NCBI GenBank assembly: GCA_965285935.1
Contig: OZ260663.1
Span: 109,678,001-109,742,000 of the forward strand
Direction: 5' to 3'
From: Ophelia neglecta
Taxonomy: Eukaryota
DNA: 64,000 nt
Made by a program: the position numbers and the translations under genes. The notes below the pieces were generated by a model that was not told the DNA's origin, searched no databases, and saw only the letters and a list, made by a program, of their open reading frames with translations. This document shows, piece by piece, positions 24,188 to 37,539 of this stretch. Each line of letters starts with the position of its first letter. Within the stretch, counting starts at the first letter, position 1.

Positions 24188-24560
24188 TATTCTAGTTATC
24201 GTATGTCGGGCCGGTCGTATAACGTCTGTACTACTTACGCTCTGTCTGGCACGACTATTCTTAAAATGTCTGTATTAGTTACCGTCTGTCGGGAAGGTCT
24301 ATTCTTATAACATCTGTACTACTTACAGTCTGTCCGACAGGTCTATTCTTATAACGTCTGTGCTACTAACCGTCTGACTGACAGGTCCATTCTAATAACG
24401 TCTGTACTACTTACAGTCTGTCCGACAGGTCTATTCTTATAACGTCTGTACTACTTACAGTCTGTCCGACAGGTCTATTCTTATAACGTCTGTACTACTT
24501 ACAGTCTGTCCGACAGGTCTATTCTTATAACGTCTGTACTTCCTACCGTAACTCTGGCAG
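24188..24560. repeat. 44-bp minisatellite
   Basis: Unit TCCGACAGGTCTATTCTTATAACGTCTGTACTACTTACAGTCTG, about 8 copies, the 3' copies identical. Confidence 0.95.
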
Positions 24561-25138
24561 GATTAATCTTATTTGTCAATGCAAATTTTCATAATGGTGC
24601 ATAAGTCGGCAGGGAACCACTGGACTGAACTTGTGATATTATTTCAATATAATATGCTAGTGAGAAGAATGATGTTTTTCTTGGCGTTAAATCTTGTTCA
24701 AACAGCTAGGTGCACTGCCAAGCGTAGGATAGACACATCAAAATCAATGGATCATTTTAACAGTGTAAATGTTGTCTTGTTCCATAAATACACGAATTCG
24801 AATCCATTTCTACTATATCACAATTAGCGGCATTTGCTCAAGAATAATTGTGGTATGTTTTTGCACATACCTCCAATAATTGCTTTTTACTCCTGTCAAG
24901 CATCCTCTGCTTTGTTTAAGCTAATACAGTCATCTCTCCTTGCTTTATCGTTAAACTTTTTTTCTCATTTTCTCTACTTGCTTTACCCTTTGTTTAAAGG
25001 TCAAGCTGCCATAAATTGCCATCCTCAGTTTTATGGGTAAGGCCATTGTTCGCTACTCATCATTAACTGCCCACAGGCAGGCTCTAGCTCGTGGACTTTT
25101 ACTGTGATTGCCTGATTACTGTGGTCCTACCTGGGGCA

Positions 25139-25585
25139 CTTAACTGCACTGCCAGCAATACGTCCGTTCTCGATCGACTGGGGAGTCAGACAGGTGGTCT
25201 GGAGTCAGACAGGTGGTCTGGATATGTTTGTGGTGGGGGGGGGGGGGGAGGGTCTCTTCCCGTAACCCCAAGATTAATACTGCTAGTTTAACTGCACTGC
25301 CAGCAATACGTTCATTCTCGATCAACTGGGGAGTCAGACAGGTGGTCTGGATATGTTTGTGCGTTTGTGTGGGGGGGGGGGACGTCTCTTCCCGTAACCC
25401 CAAGATTAATACTGCTGGTTTAACTGCACTGCCAGCAATACATTCATTCTCGATCGACTGGGGAGTCAGACAGGTGGTCTGGATATGTTTGTGTGTGTGG
25501 GGGGGGGGGGGAGGGGTCTCTTCCCGTAACCCCAAGATTAATACTGCTGGTTTAACTGCACGGCCAGCCATACGTTCATTCTCTA
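25139..25585. repeat. ~132-bp tandem repeat (3.3 copies) with variable G-tract
   Basis: TAACTGCAC starts at 25141, 25289, 25421 and 25552. Each unit has GT microrepeats and a run of 10 or more G. Confidence 0.95.
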
Positions 25586-25759
25586 TGGCCTAGGGAGAGT
25601 AAGACAGGCTGTCTGAATGTGCTTTTGTGTGGCAGTTTTTCCTTTAACTCCCCAAGTATTACTGATGATTTATTGAACATTGTCACCTGTTCTGTGCCAG
25701 AGGGCTTTGGGAATCTGCAACTTGACAAATACAATCGTTTCAGGTGCAAATGTCAGGAA

Positions 25760-26620
25760 CACGTTAGAAGAAATGCAATTATGGCTAGTAAGATGTCATA
25801 CTAGAGCTCTTCTGTCCGGAAAAGACGCAATGAGATCGTGCCTTGTAATGAACTCACTCCTTGGCATTTACTCCCCTTTCGGAGTGGGGTAGGGCACAAA
25901 ATATAATTGTACGATAAAAAAAATGTTTAAACACAAGCATACATTTAAATGTTATATATGTGGCACAAGCGGATAGAGCTTAATCACCAATCAATCTCCG
26001 TGACCCACATACATCAATCCCATGCTCTGTTACAGTAAATTAGCATGCGACTAAATTAATCATACAAAAATAAAATTTATATCAATTACATTGAGTACTA
26101 CTGAGGAGAACAAGCAGAAACCTCATCCTTGTTTTGGTGATGCCTCACCAATCTACATATATATAATGTGACACAATTATTATTTAGTATAAATAAGAGG
26201 ATACAGTTCATGTTGACAATATATGGAAATTGTTTACAACATCGGGCAGGGTATAAGAGACCAGTATTTTAATACTGACATGGTCTACGCAGGTGGCACA
26301 CTATATAATACTGATATAGCTATGTCTATGAGTTTTCTGGCTGTGATACAAAATGTACATTTGTCCCTTTTCAGACATGCATCGTCATCATCAGGTCCTC
26401 CAGTGAATACAAATCAAGGAATATACTCGCCTCCTCATAGTACAACAACCCTAGTGGACACATATCAGCATACAGTAACTACAAACATTACGAGAAACCT
26501 AGTCATTAATAAACCACAGTGGGTTGTTCACGTTAGGAATTCGATAGTCAAAGACAGTTGGCCATTGGCTGGTTCAACGATCAAAGACCGAGGAATTAAA
26601 AAATATCGATCAAAAACCGT
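25760..26620 (+). mobile_element. Decayed ISL2EU/Harbinger-type DDE transposase (DDE_Tnp_4-like) relic
   Basis: 26375-26618 read across frameshifts gives CIVII..SE, AYSNYKHY, LVINKPQWVV, IVKDS..., DRGIK (cf. CRVIID..E, TYSNYKHHNT, LIGITP.G, IV.DSG, ADRGF). Upstream LSGKD...CLVM...PFGV resembles the associated HTH. The block is bounded by TTTTCAG| and |GTGAGT. Confidence 0.5.
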
Positions 26621-26929
26621 GAGTATTACTACATTAACTACTTACATTAGTATGCTACAACATACCTGTGTACTCATTGTATGAGGGGAGATAAAGTTCG
26701 CCCCTCGGGATAGGTTTGAAAGAGATGGTATGCTTTATACTTGTCTCTAGTTAACCTTTGTCTAACTTACTGTGTGACTTTGTCCGCGGTCCGGCTAACT
26801 CTCCTATCATACCTTTACAGAAGAAATCTGTCACATAAAGGAAAATGTTTAAATACCAAAACGTTTGAAGCACATGACAATTTGAAGGGCAGGAGGTCAC
26901 TTCCCAGAGACAAGTCCACGCTACATTTA

Positions 26930-27170
26930 TTTATTGTTTTTCCGTGTGGTTCTTACATCTAATGCGTGATTTCGATTTTCCCTAAGTATTTTTAATAACT
27001 GTATGGCAATAATTCGATTTCCCCAGCATATGCTGTTGTATACTCCAAGACTAACGGCCTTTGTAAGACTTTGGGTTTTTCTGTTTGAAGTAACAAAAGA
27101 CAGGCATCCCTGATGTCTTAGTTGCTGATCAAGGTCTATGAACCACAGATTAAAACGGAAATATCTCAAT
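26930..27170 (-). mobile_element. Decayed CR1-group LINE RT fragment
   Basis: FIDLDQQL...YNSICWGN...LLKILRENRNHALDV resembles LG..ID..L.W...YC..VWG...L..LQ.RA.RII. Confidence 0.55.
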
Positions 27171-29939
27171 TCTTCCTAAATAAATTCCAAGCATTAGTCA
27201 CCCTGTAGAATCCTATAAGATTTCAGTAGGCCTGAAGAGAGTCAACAATGATGGGGACTCAATATGCCATCGATAACTGTCGTTTGGAAGGTTCTAGTGT
27301 CCATTGTTTTAACAACAAGGCAGTATAAACGCCCAATGGTTTGAGTGATTTATGCCGCTCTGTTAACATAACTAAGTTGATAAAATGTGACCTCAAAAGG
27401 TCTCTTTTTTAAATAATCCTCTTTTCTTTTTACTGAGAGGTTTAGCCAGACATAGGATACCACCTTTAATAATGTAATGAAAATGTGAAATATATGATAT
27501 ACAAATGGATTTGAACTGACTGTATACAACCTTTACCATCGAATGAATGTGTTTTTCTGTAATATCACGTATTAATGTCTGTCAATTAACAAAAAAAAAA
27601 AATTATGCCGCGCATCACAGGGCTAGAGGTTATGTGCATCTGCTTCATACCGATATAACATCTTGTGTTGCAGCGGCAGGAATTAATGACAATCGTGACT
27701 GGTTCACTTTTCACAGTTAACAGTGTATTGCTGTATCGAGGATGTATAATACCCTGTCCCTCTTTGGTATGCAGCATGGACCCTAAATACGCCTCTACTA
27801 ACTTGTGTTTATCTAGACCATTTAATATTTAGTCACAGAAATATATATGAGAGTTGAGAGCACGATATACTCTCCAGGGGCATGTTTTAACTCTTTTCTA
27901 CTTTGACCAATATCTCGATGTTTTAGAGCTCTGTCTCGCATCATGGAACACTGTCGTATACTTCTTATTCCAAGTGATATCAATTATATTTTTGTATTGG
28001 CATTTCCAGTTTATTAACTGTTTGTAAACTGGGGTCTGTTGTATGTTGGTATCATCTGCCGTTTTATGTGTTGACTTAATAACCGGGCCCAGGTAATTGT
28101 CTAGTGCAAATAATTTTCGCGTTTCATCTTCACATTTGCCAACATCTCAGGAAATTCCGTTTTAGCAGTTGTATTTTTCATATGTGCCAACCGTGTACAT
28201 ATATGCTATCCTATCCCTTAACCATGCGTTATGCATGCTAATAACGATTTATTTCAGATATGGAGGGCTGTTGTTGATATTAAAGCTAGGCCCTCTCCAC
28301 TCTCCAGTTCACATGATTCATTACACCGGTATCTTTGATTACTATTATGGATAACAATGAGACCTCAGCAAATGAAAGTGAACAGTTATTCTTCCACTGG
28401 CTCAGATCGCCATAAGAACCGATCACCGAAACTAATCGTGTTTTAAACAAGGGTTTAGATACAGATGAGGTTGGTTCTCATATCTACCTACTGTGTCTAC
28501 CGAATCTCATTAGCGGAGTTATACTGATACCTTATCCAGATCATGCACATAACAAACGGGAAAACCGAGGAAACCCAGGAAATCAGTCTTAAACCGCAAT
28601 TCGTGTTGATTTATTCCCAGCAATGTATTTTTAATACCACCTGGCTGAGTCCAATAAAATCCTATCGGCTACAACAAAACTCAACATAAATCTCTATACC
28701 TAATTGGTGACATTTATAGGGTTATGTGTCAAATATTTATCCATAATCGGCTTAATTTGGTCTGTGCCGTTCAATACTCGTAGATGAAGGTTATCGTCAA
28801 TATATGAGATAGGCAGCTCATAACGACCAAATAGTTTACTTACACTAGGGTTTGAGTTGCCCATGATCTCTAACTGATATGATCCTCACTTTGTCACCTT
28901 AGAATCATAGCGGTTGTATTTTCCTTAAATAGCACCAAAAGAATGCACTGCTCACTTAATAAAACAGTCTTTAAGGTGTACTAGATGAATTGTGTTCTAT
29001 CCTATAGATCGGCTTATTGTTAATAGAGAGCAGTGCTTGACAACAATGCCACAGACACCCCTTGCATCTTTAAGTCGCATATCTATGCGCTCCACTGTAG
29101 TAATTGGCCGATATATAAACCTAATAAACGGCGCTTGGCACTAAGCTGACAAAGCAGCCTAATGGCAGTGAACGGTGTCGTTGGCCTCCCGTCGGTTAAC
29201 AACCCTAGATGCTGCTGTGTGAGTCCTGTGATTAGCTATGTACGGTGATCTGTTAGGCTCCGTGATATGCTTTGACCCTTGATGTTCAAGGTCCCGTGAT
29301 GTGATTCGTTCACGATTCCGCTGTATTTTTTGGCGTCAGACTAATGAAAGGGAACAATCTATCCTAGTACCTTAACTCTTACGTTGTCAGTTTTGCATTT
29401 CCTTGAGGCTGAACCACAATACCCATGCACAGGCATTTAGATAATACTAATTTTAGCTGGGCCAGTCTGCAGACTTGTATACTTTATATTTTAAACTGTT
29501 ACCCATTATAAACAAAGCCATTAATTACTGGCTAGACCCTTCTCCACTTCCATATTTGATGGATCCATTGATTGAAAGCAAAGAAGACATACCTCAGTGA
29601 ATACAGCTACTTGAAGTATTAGGCTTTTTATGCTCTGATATAGCTGATTTAAATGTCTTAGATGAAATCCATGTAACAAACAATTTAAAGAAAAATAATT
29701 CCCAAAGCATTAATGCTAAACTATCTGTATGTACAAACAGTCGATTGAAGAAGCTGTTGCTCTTACTCGGACTGTTCGGCTATACATGGAGCTACACAGG
29801 ATGCCAATTCATGTCCAACAAGCTGCTTCACATTTAAGAATATCTTATTAATATTTATGTTATCCAGCCAGGAATTGTAACCCTTAAACCTGCTGTGCGT
29901 GTTCCGGACAAAAAAAGGATCAATTTCAGTTGTGGTTTG

Positions 29940-30395
29940 TCCCTGGTGGAAAACAGAGTTATTCGTAGGTCAATTGTCCTGGAGGGAACTGAGAATGATT
30001 TTTAGACCAATCGTCCCAGAGGGAAAACAGGGAGTGATTTGTAGGTCAATCGTCTTGGAGAGAAGACAGAGAGTTATTCGTAGGTCAGTCGTCCCTGAGG
30101 GAACAGAGAGTTAATCGTAGGTCAATTGTCCTGGAGGGAACTGAGAATGATTTTTAGACCAATCGTCCCAGAGGGAAAACAGGGAGTGATTTGTAGGTCA
30201 ATCGTCCTGGAGAGAAGACAGAGAGTTATTCGTAGGTCAGTCGTCCCTGAGGGAACAGAGAGTTAATCGTAGGTCAATTGTCCCTGAGGGAACAGAGAGT
30301 TATTCATAGGTCAGTTGCCCCTGAGGGAGAACAGAGCGTGATTCGTAGGTCAATCATCCCCGAGGGAAAACAGAGAATGAGTCATAGGTCAATCT
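29940..30395. repeat. 37-39-bp minisatellite with a 152-bp four-monomer higher-order repeat
   Basis: Monomer CGTAGGTCAATCGTCCCTGAGGGAACAGAGAGTTATT. Block 29964-30115 is repeated almost exactly at 30116-30267. Confidence 0.92.
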
Positions 30396-31342
30396 CATAC
30401 AGGACATTTTGAAAATTTTTGCAATATAACGAAAGAAAAGAAACAATCAGACATAATAATAACACGCTGAGGACATTTGCATCGATTGCACATTTAACAC
30501 CATGAGTGAACGAGTCCCGGCATCTTTTTATCATCGTGGTTTCGCTCGCACGTTTATAATAAGTTCTATTAAATAAGCTGCATTGGAGAACGAATTCTTT
30601 TTATTACGTTCTGCCCTGTTCCTCTCAGATATTACTGCTTATAGAAGCTGGCACAGTCGATAAAGGTAGCTACGTTGATTAAACTGATTCATCAATTTCA
30701 AGCCGGACAATAAACATATATCCCCAGACCAGGAACATTGAGCTTTCTGGCTGCAAAAGATATTATTTGGCGTGGTTGATAAGCTTCCACTTTTCACCGC
30801 AAACCGTCCATAATGTAGAGAAAAAGACCAGCTGCCATGAAAGCTAAGCAAGTGACATGCTTTGTATATTATTACGAAACTGGTTTAAACGGACATTGCA
30901 GTGTGTTTCAAATCAGGGCAAATCCAATCACAATAAAAAAATGGGACGAACATAAAGTAACAGGCGGACATTATTTTCCGAATAAAACGCCATGCGTTGG
31001 TTGAACCGCATGAGCAATTGCATGTCCGATGGTTTTTTATATGTAAGAAATGTGATGTGACAGACTTCCTGTCAGTGACATTATACAATTAAAATGTAGT
31101 TAGTTTCACAAATATGAAAGAATATTTAATATCAAATCTAAATTTTCCTTCTTCTCATGGTTATTGTAAAATTGCTTTGCTTTATTCACACTCTTCTAGG
31201 ACACATCATTAGTGTCTTACAATAATCGTTTGTGGTCACTTATTTCGTACAATACTATGTGCAAGTTCTTTCGAAACATCATCTATTTAAGTTATCGAGC
31301 TCAAATAGATTAGAACTACGGTATGGTTCTAGGATTCATAGC

Positions 31343-31518
31343 TCCTGAGCAAAAAGTCAATTCCTGAGCAAGCAGAAGTAAACTCCTGCGTATGCAGAAG
31401 GCAATTCCCGAGCAAGCTCAAGTCAATTACTGAGCAAGAAAAACCAATTCTTGGGCAAGCAATAGTCAATTCCTGAGCAAGCAGAGAGCAACTTCCTGAG
31501 CAAGCAGAAGTCAATTCC
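31343..31518. repeat. 22-bp minisatellite
   Basis: Unit TTCCTGAGCAAGCAGAAGTCAA, about 8 copies. Confidence 0.88.
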
Positions 31519-31873
31519 AATATCTAAAACGAGACAAATGGTACGCTCTTAACCGCTGATCATGTGGCCTTCCTGATCCCCATTCCTATTTTGACTCAAT
31601 TGATATACCATACGTCTTTGAGCGCCTCTCTGTCCGTATTTCGGCCGTGTCATGGGCAGGGATATATTCTACAGGCAGATATATTGCCAATTTCATTTTC
31701 GGCGACTCAGCTTTCCAGACATCATTTTACAACAACGTCTGTCAATAGTGTATTGGAATCCTCAGAACGCCGTGTAAATCTGATGAAGAATCCAATATCG
31801 GTTCTGATAAATGCCAATATAAGAATCATAACAATAAAGGCAATAATAGAGGCGGATGCCCCCCCCCCTCCCA

Positions 31874-32162
31874 ATCAGTGGCGTGGAGAAGACACATTGG
31901 CATCCGACAATTCAAGAAAGGCGCAATGCCCCTATCAGTGGCGTGGAGAAGATACGTATTGGCATCAGACAATTCAAGAACGGCGGAATGCCCCTATCAG
32001 TGGAGTGGAGAAGATACGTATTGGCATCAGACAATTCAAGGGAGGCGGAATGCCCCTATCAGTGGCGTGGAGAAGATACGTATTGGCATCAGACAATTCA
32101 AGAGAGGCGGAATGCCCCTATCAGTGGCGTGGAGAAGATACGAACTGGCATCAGACAATTTA
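31874..32162. repeat. 62-bp minisatellite
   Basis: Unit CCTATCAGTGGCGTGGAGAAGATACGTATTGGCATCAGACAATTCAAGAGAGGCGGAATGCC, about 4.7 near-identical copies. Confidence 0.95.
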
Positions 32163-33109
32163 AGTCTATGATCTAGTCATTGTGTTGCATTTTTGGGCCT
32201 CATTTCCCTTTGACATATCCGGTTGGGAAGCACTCGTGTTTGGCATTCCTATCCTGATGATGATCCATGGACAAAACATATTTCAAAATTGATTACAACA
32301 TTAAACCAAGAAAACTAACAAGCGCAGAATGAAGCAAGAAATGTCGTTGCTTAACCAAGAGATTTCTATATGGGACGATTTCATACCCTATTAGCAAACC
32401 TAGTTTCTTGACATTTTCTCCATGAGTAATTCATGGTAGTAAACTAGCCGAGCAAAATTCGATCTGTTGCTGGAGAACTTCTACCTTTAATACCCGTTTG
32501 ATAATGGCAGATGCGGTTTAGGGCGATTATTGACTCAGAATGGTAAACCGTTAAGCTGCTTCATAGTGGAAAGGTCCAGCCATGTTTTAACGTGAATGGT
32601 ATATACACATAAACTAGTCTCTATCTATTAATAGGGTCGGACTTTATGACACGAACTGGTCTGATGGTTGTGAAGGGAATATTTTATCACTCATAAACTC
32701 GACTCTGTCTATTAAATGGGTCTGAGGATTGTGTTTATTGTACTTATTGGTGTGCGTCATGGTATTCAGGTATACTATTAAAGGCAATTCGGTGGTTTAA
32801 AAAGTGACATTATTACACAAATCCGATCTGTTGTACCTCGCCACAATCAAACCTAATATTAATTCAGATAAGACGTAAATTAGCGATTTCACTACAGGAA
32901 CACATTGTCCATTTACTCGCACGATAAAGCATTTGAAATAATATGGATTTCTGTAAGCCATTCTTCATTCGACACCTATTGACTATTTATAAATTTTATC
33001 GAGGCTACTAATGGGACGATGTATGTTATTCTTTGTTTGATAGGATCCCATTCATTTGGTTTCTAGTGATTAGACTATGACCAAGACTTTCAACATGACA
33101 GTTTCGACA

Positions 33110-33560
33110 TTACTTCTTTGATAAACTAACAGCCCCATCTGTGCCAATACGATATCTACTCCCAACACACCCTCTCCTGTGATAATGACCTTGTGTCGGC
33201 ATGAATACACATTGATTTGCTCTGACTGATTCATGCCTTTGAGATGCTGACCTAAGATGGCTCCAATGGAAATGTGTTCTGATCCATATTTGGAGCATCC
33301 CTCAGTTGTGACTGGTGGGTCAAATCACGGCATTGATGCCAATGTAGCTTAAAGGATCTGAACTCGGTTGAACGTTATTTTCATATGTTGGTAGTATTAG
33401 TGCCCGCATTGTCCTGCCTCATCATTAAGAACTTTTTTGATTCCTATTTTGAAAAACCAATCATTTCATAGTCTTCTTCCTTTGCGCTTGAGTAGATTCT
33501 GACTATAAAAGTTGGGGCTTAATTGAGTGAAGGAATTGCCCAGTGTGATATTTAAGAAAT
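33110..33560 (-). mobile_element. Decayed Ty3/Gypsy pol (RT connection/RNase H) relic
   Basis: One minus frame reads TFNRVQIL*ATLASMP*FDP...SIGAILGQ...VYS...ITGEGVLGV, cf. AF..LK..L.S.P.L..FDP...GIGAVL.Q...YS.TEKECL.V. Confidence 0.55.
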
Positions 33561-36252
33561 TCATTCTTGACACAAATGCTTCTTGTATAGTGAGGTTTCG
33601 ACAAAGAGTTTATTGTATCCAGTTACTATTGCCTTTTTTCATTGCCTGTCGCATGCTTGATATCGGATATTCTATCCTGTGCAAACGGGTTATTTTTTCG
33701 TTCACAGAAGCAATATCTACAAACGCCAGCTTCATGATTTACTATAAAGCAGGGCATTTTCAAGTTGAAAAGGCATTCATCGTGTTCGGACGTCCCTCCC
33801 GTTGTTTTCGGTGAGAGGCAGAGGGGGGGGGGGGGGGGGCAGAGAACAAATTATCCACTTCAAAATGTGTTGCTTTCTCGCTCATATTAAAAAAGTCTTT
33901 CGCGAAATGTCGCTGGTGACGAAGATTTAATCGGTTGTAGTGCATATGCCTCCAAAGGCTGCATTGTAATATTACCTTATATATGAACAAATATCCTATT
34001 ACATGAATGTTCTTCCTGTTCAGAACGATTGTTCTTCTTATTTTAACCTATTCGCTGGGGTATGTGAGCTAGTCAATCGCCATCCCGCTGTGGGGTCGTA
34101 TGTAGTTAATAATAAAGATACTTGATCCGCATTTCGTCGATAAAAGCTCGGCCACAAAGGACCATAAAAAACCACCATAAAATTGTTCGTTAAGCATTCA
34201 TGCTGATTTAGTAGCTTGGTTTTGTTTTGAACTTTCCTCCCTAATGACCGGTTCATATTAGCAGACATCGTAAAGGGTTTATTTCAACCTTTCCCACAAC
34301 CATGAGAGAATATATTTGCTACGTGTGCCAATCTATAAAGCCAGGTTGCTTGGCGCATAAGACAAGCAAACGGGACATCAATCTGTGGCCTGAAAAATGA
34401 GAACCGCAGTCGCTAAGGAAATCGGTTCGCCAAACAGAAAGCATTGGTTCCAGACGTATCAAACATAATGGGTGTCCCTCGGCAGCAGTGTTTGTAAATA
34501 TAGGATTCTCCTATAATGTATAGTATACGTCTCCGTGCAATGTTTGACTGTCATTTGAAAAGTCGGTGATAGGATTGATGTCGGAAATAATTTGGTGTGA
34601 ATAAAAATTGCATGTTGATCATCAAATTTGAGGCATATAAATTGCTTGAAAGTAATCTGCTAGTATCCGACCCCCCTCGCCCGTGCAGACATCTAATGGT
34701 GTGTCTCTTAGCTGACCATGGGTGTTGTATGTTAGATTGTATAACGACATGACCGAAATCACTTTAAACAAAAAGGAGTCCAGGAGTATACCCGGCACAA
34801 AATGAAATCAAAGAGTAATCAGAGTTATCGATTGAATGGGTCTGAATTCAAGTTTAATGCCAAATTGATTGAAAAAAGTCCGAACGTTGCACAAGTATTT
34901 AAGCACTTCTATATATAATTTATACTCAGTCGTTACCGTCGGGCACCAAGAACATGACATAACGATGTCCGGTAGTGGGTTTGCAAATAAACTAGCGGTG
35001 AAAAAAAGTGAAGTATGGCATGACGTCAAAGTATTTTTTGCTTAAAGATGCGTGAAGGATACCGCAGTTTGAATATTAATGTTGTATGAAGAACGTCCTT
35101 GTAGTCTATAAACAGCGTGAAAGCGAAGAGATGAAATCTTTTCAGTGTTCGATGAGGTAAAACATCCGGTATTATGTATATTCAGGGTATGTAATGTAAA
35201 GAGACTGAAATTTAAATGATATACAGTCGAGGCTAAGAAAAAAAGGTCGTTAGAAGAAAACAAACGTACTGCACAAACTCCTCTAAGTATGCAAATCCAT
35301 GTTTAAACGCAATCTGATATATACTTTTTTCTGTGAACAAGTTATTAGACAATAAGAAATTTATAGTTTAAATGTGTCCAAATACAGTAGTAAAAGTCAA
35401 AAGTCTCACCAAATATTTAGTTCCACAGACGACAATATAAACAAGACGAGAGGAAAACGATTTAATAAATAGCTATTGATCGCAACGATGTTCCAGCAAA
35501 GTGCTACAGAAAACAAAACTTTATTTATGACCAGAGGCCAACTAATATCCTCTTTTGTAAATACTTTTTTGCTTAATTGGTCCGCTTTGGTATTTAATTA
35601 ACCTGCCATAAATTACTAGAGCGTGACGTTGTCATAAACAAAATTACACATTACAGCAGAGATAATTATATGAATTATTCATCAATAGACTTTGGCATAA
35701 TATTGAGTGTATATTCGCACTTTGTGTGATTTCAGATGGTTGGGCCAGTTTACCTTCCTTTGGGCCTAATGTAAGATTAAGGATTTATGCTCATGGAGTC
35801 CCTGGCTCCTTCACTCTTGAGTTCAGCCCTATAAAAGCGCGTATGTTGAGTCGTTTAGTGCTAGACACTGTTTGATCAACTGTTGAATATTTGTGTCAAA
35901 TAGCTCATACAGAATTCATGAGAATAATTAGTGTAGTAATAGATGCTGCCACTCACTGAGCCAATGGACGAGTAGCCATGTCCTTGTAGCAGCGTGACGC
36001 TGGGACATGCTCACACATGATAGCCATGGTGGCTCAGGGTAATGGTATGGGTATTTGGAACGGCAGTCAAACTGAACTGACAACTTGATGAACTACGTCT
36101 GGATTATACCAGAACTGCACGAGATAATGATAATGGCGACGGGCGGAATAAAAGCATTAATAGGGGTTGATACAAGTAAGTTAGTCAATAAAAAGTCAAA
36201 AAGTTTTGAAAAAACCTCTAAATGTAAACATCGTTTCCATATTCAAGATCTA

Positions 36253-36760
36253 CTACATTTTATAGTAGAGGTCTATAGCTCTTAAGTAGTGAACGATCTG
36301 TTGTGGACAGTGTTTTTACGTTGTCAACAGAACATTACAACAGAATATGGTGGATGGTGATCCGACAATGACAGCCGTCACAAAACGGTGGGTCCTTTAT
36401 CTTTAGAAGATAAGAGTTGGTAAAATGAGTGTGGCCAATTCGCAGGGGAGTGATCAATTGTGGGATTTCTGACAAACAAATTGATATGGTGGGACAAATT
36501 GCGTGTAGTTTGCTTTCTGTCGCTTGATCCCAGGCTGTCTGCCATAATTTCCATTAATATTCCTTGATGGGTCTTTTATAATCAGAGAACGGGCTTTTGC
36601 CAAGGATGAGGCATTTTCCAAGTCCTCTTTTGTACCTTTTTCGTCAGCCTCATCGCCTTTGATGCCTTCTATGGATTCGGCAGCCATAGAAGGACAATGG
36701 TTTTACCCCGATTCACCGCCTGGAGAGACCCAAATGTTTGACCAGTTACACCCTTCATGG
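36253..36760 (-). mobile_element. Decayed I-group (I/Nimb-like) LINE: RNase H end plus C-terminal CCHC knuckle
   Basis: Across frameshifts: GKTIVLLWLP / GIKGDEADEK.KE, then PFSDYKRPIKEY*WKLWQTAWDQATESKLHAICPTI, LRIGHTHFTNSYLLKIKDPPFCDGCHCRITIHHILL*C, and IVHYLRAIDLYYKM* (stop at 36253-36255). Confidence 0.88.
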
Positions 36761-37539
36761 AAGGAGGATATAGAACCCGTAACGATAAAATAGTGTGTCC
36801 TGAGACGGAGACATGAAATACGGGAATCTCAACATATGCAATGGGAACCCCGGTATGAGAACAAATTATTGTGTTTGATATATAAATGTAGAAGACAAAC
36901 ATTACGATATGAGTTTTGAATTAACTTATGGAATACGGACATATATTTCTGCAACATGATTTATGACCAATTGCCTTCGCTTCCACATAGTCTTTATCAC
37001 TGATTGTCTTAAGACTCCCAATTTACCTCTACAGGTTAAAGTTAATCCTCTTGGTGAAACTGCCTTCAATGTCATAAGAGCCAATGTCATGTACACCTTA
37101 TGTTCCGCATATGTGTCTAATTTTGTCTGTCAATGGTCCCCCCGGTAAGACAGGATGCACGAAATACTCCTGCCCACAAAATGTTTTGGTTTACAGTATT
37201 TAAAACAGGATAGGACAACACATGGCACTTCTTGCTAATCATGATACACGCCTTCTGTATTGATTGTTGAACAGGAAGTCAATCTTATAGCATAACATTG
37301 ATAATGACTGTTTTTATTCTGGGAGGATCAGATAAATCGTCAATAGATTGTTTCCGAAGCCGAGGTTGTTATTATTCCACCCAGCATCGTTGATATTAGA
37401 GATAAAGATAAGGGCCAGATATATATATATCATATATACACTGACGGGAAGACTTTACGCCAATTGTATTCGACGTAGATTCTGGCAGCGAACTGTAGTC
37501 TTTGGAGTTGTATAAGCTGAGTATTTGACTAATACTATT

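Noticed and set aside
28780-29130. Decayed APE endonuclease on the minus strand (GIVVK, FGAI, IMGNSN)
   Set aside because: Catalytic residues are not retained and the similarity could be chance.
24188-32162. Regularly spaced repeats as CRISPR arrays
   Set aside because: Units are head-to-tail without unique spacers, there are no cas genes, and the context is eukaryotic.
31564-32176. Three overlapping ORFs with repeated QWRGEDTYWHQ
   Set aside because: The 62-bp unit is not a multiple of 3 and simply lacks stops on the plus strand.
36060-36252. Shared 3' tail between the I/Nimb relic and the SINE
   Set aside because: The relic's 3'UTR is too decayed, and I could not align it convincingly with the SINE tail.
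28258-37144. Further AG...GT exon candidates (28258-28328, 35736-35770, 37035-37144)
   Set aside because: Splice signals are only moderate, the peptides are unrecognisable, and such matches are expected by chance in 64 kb.
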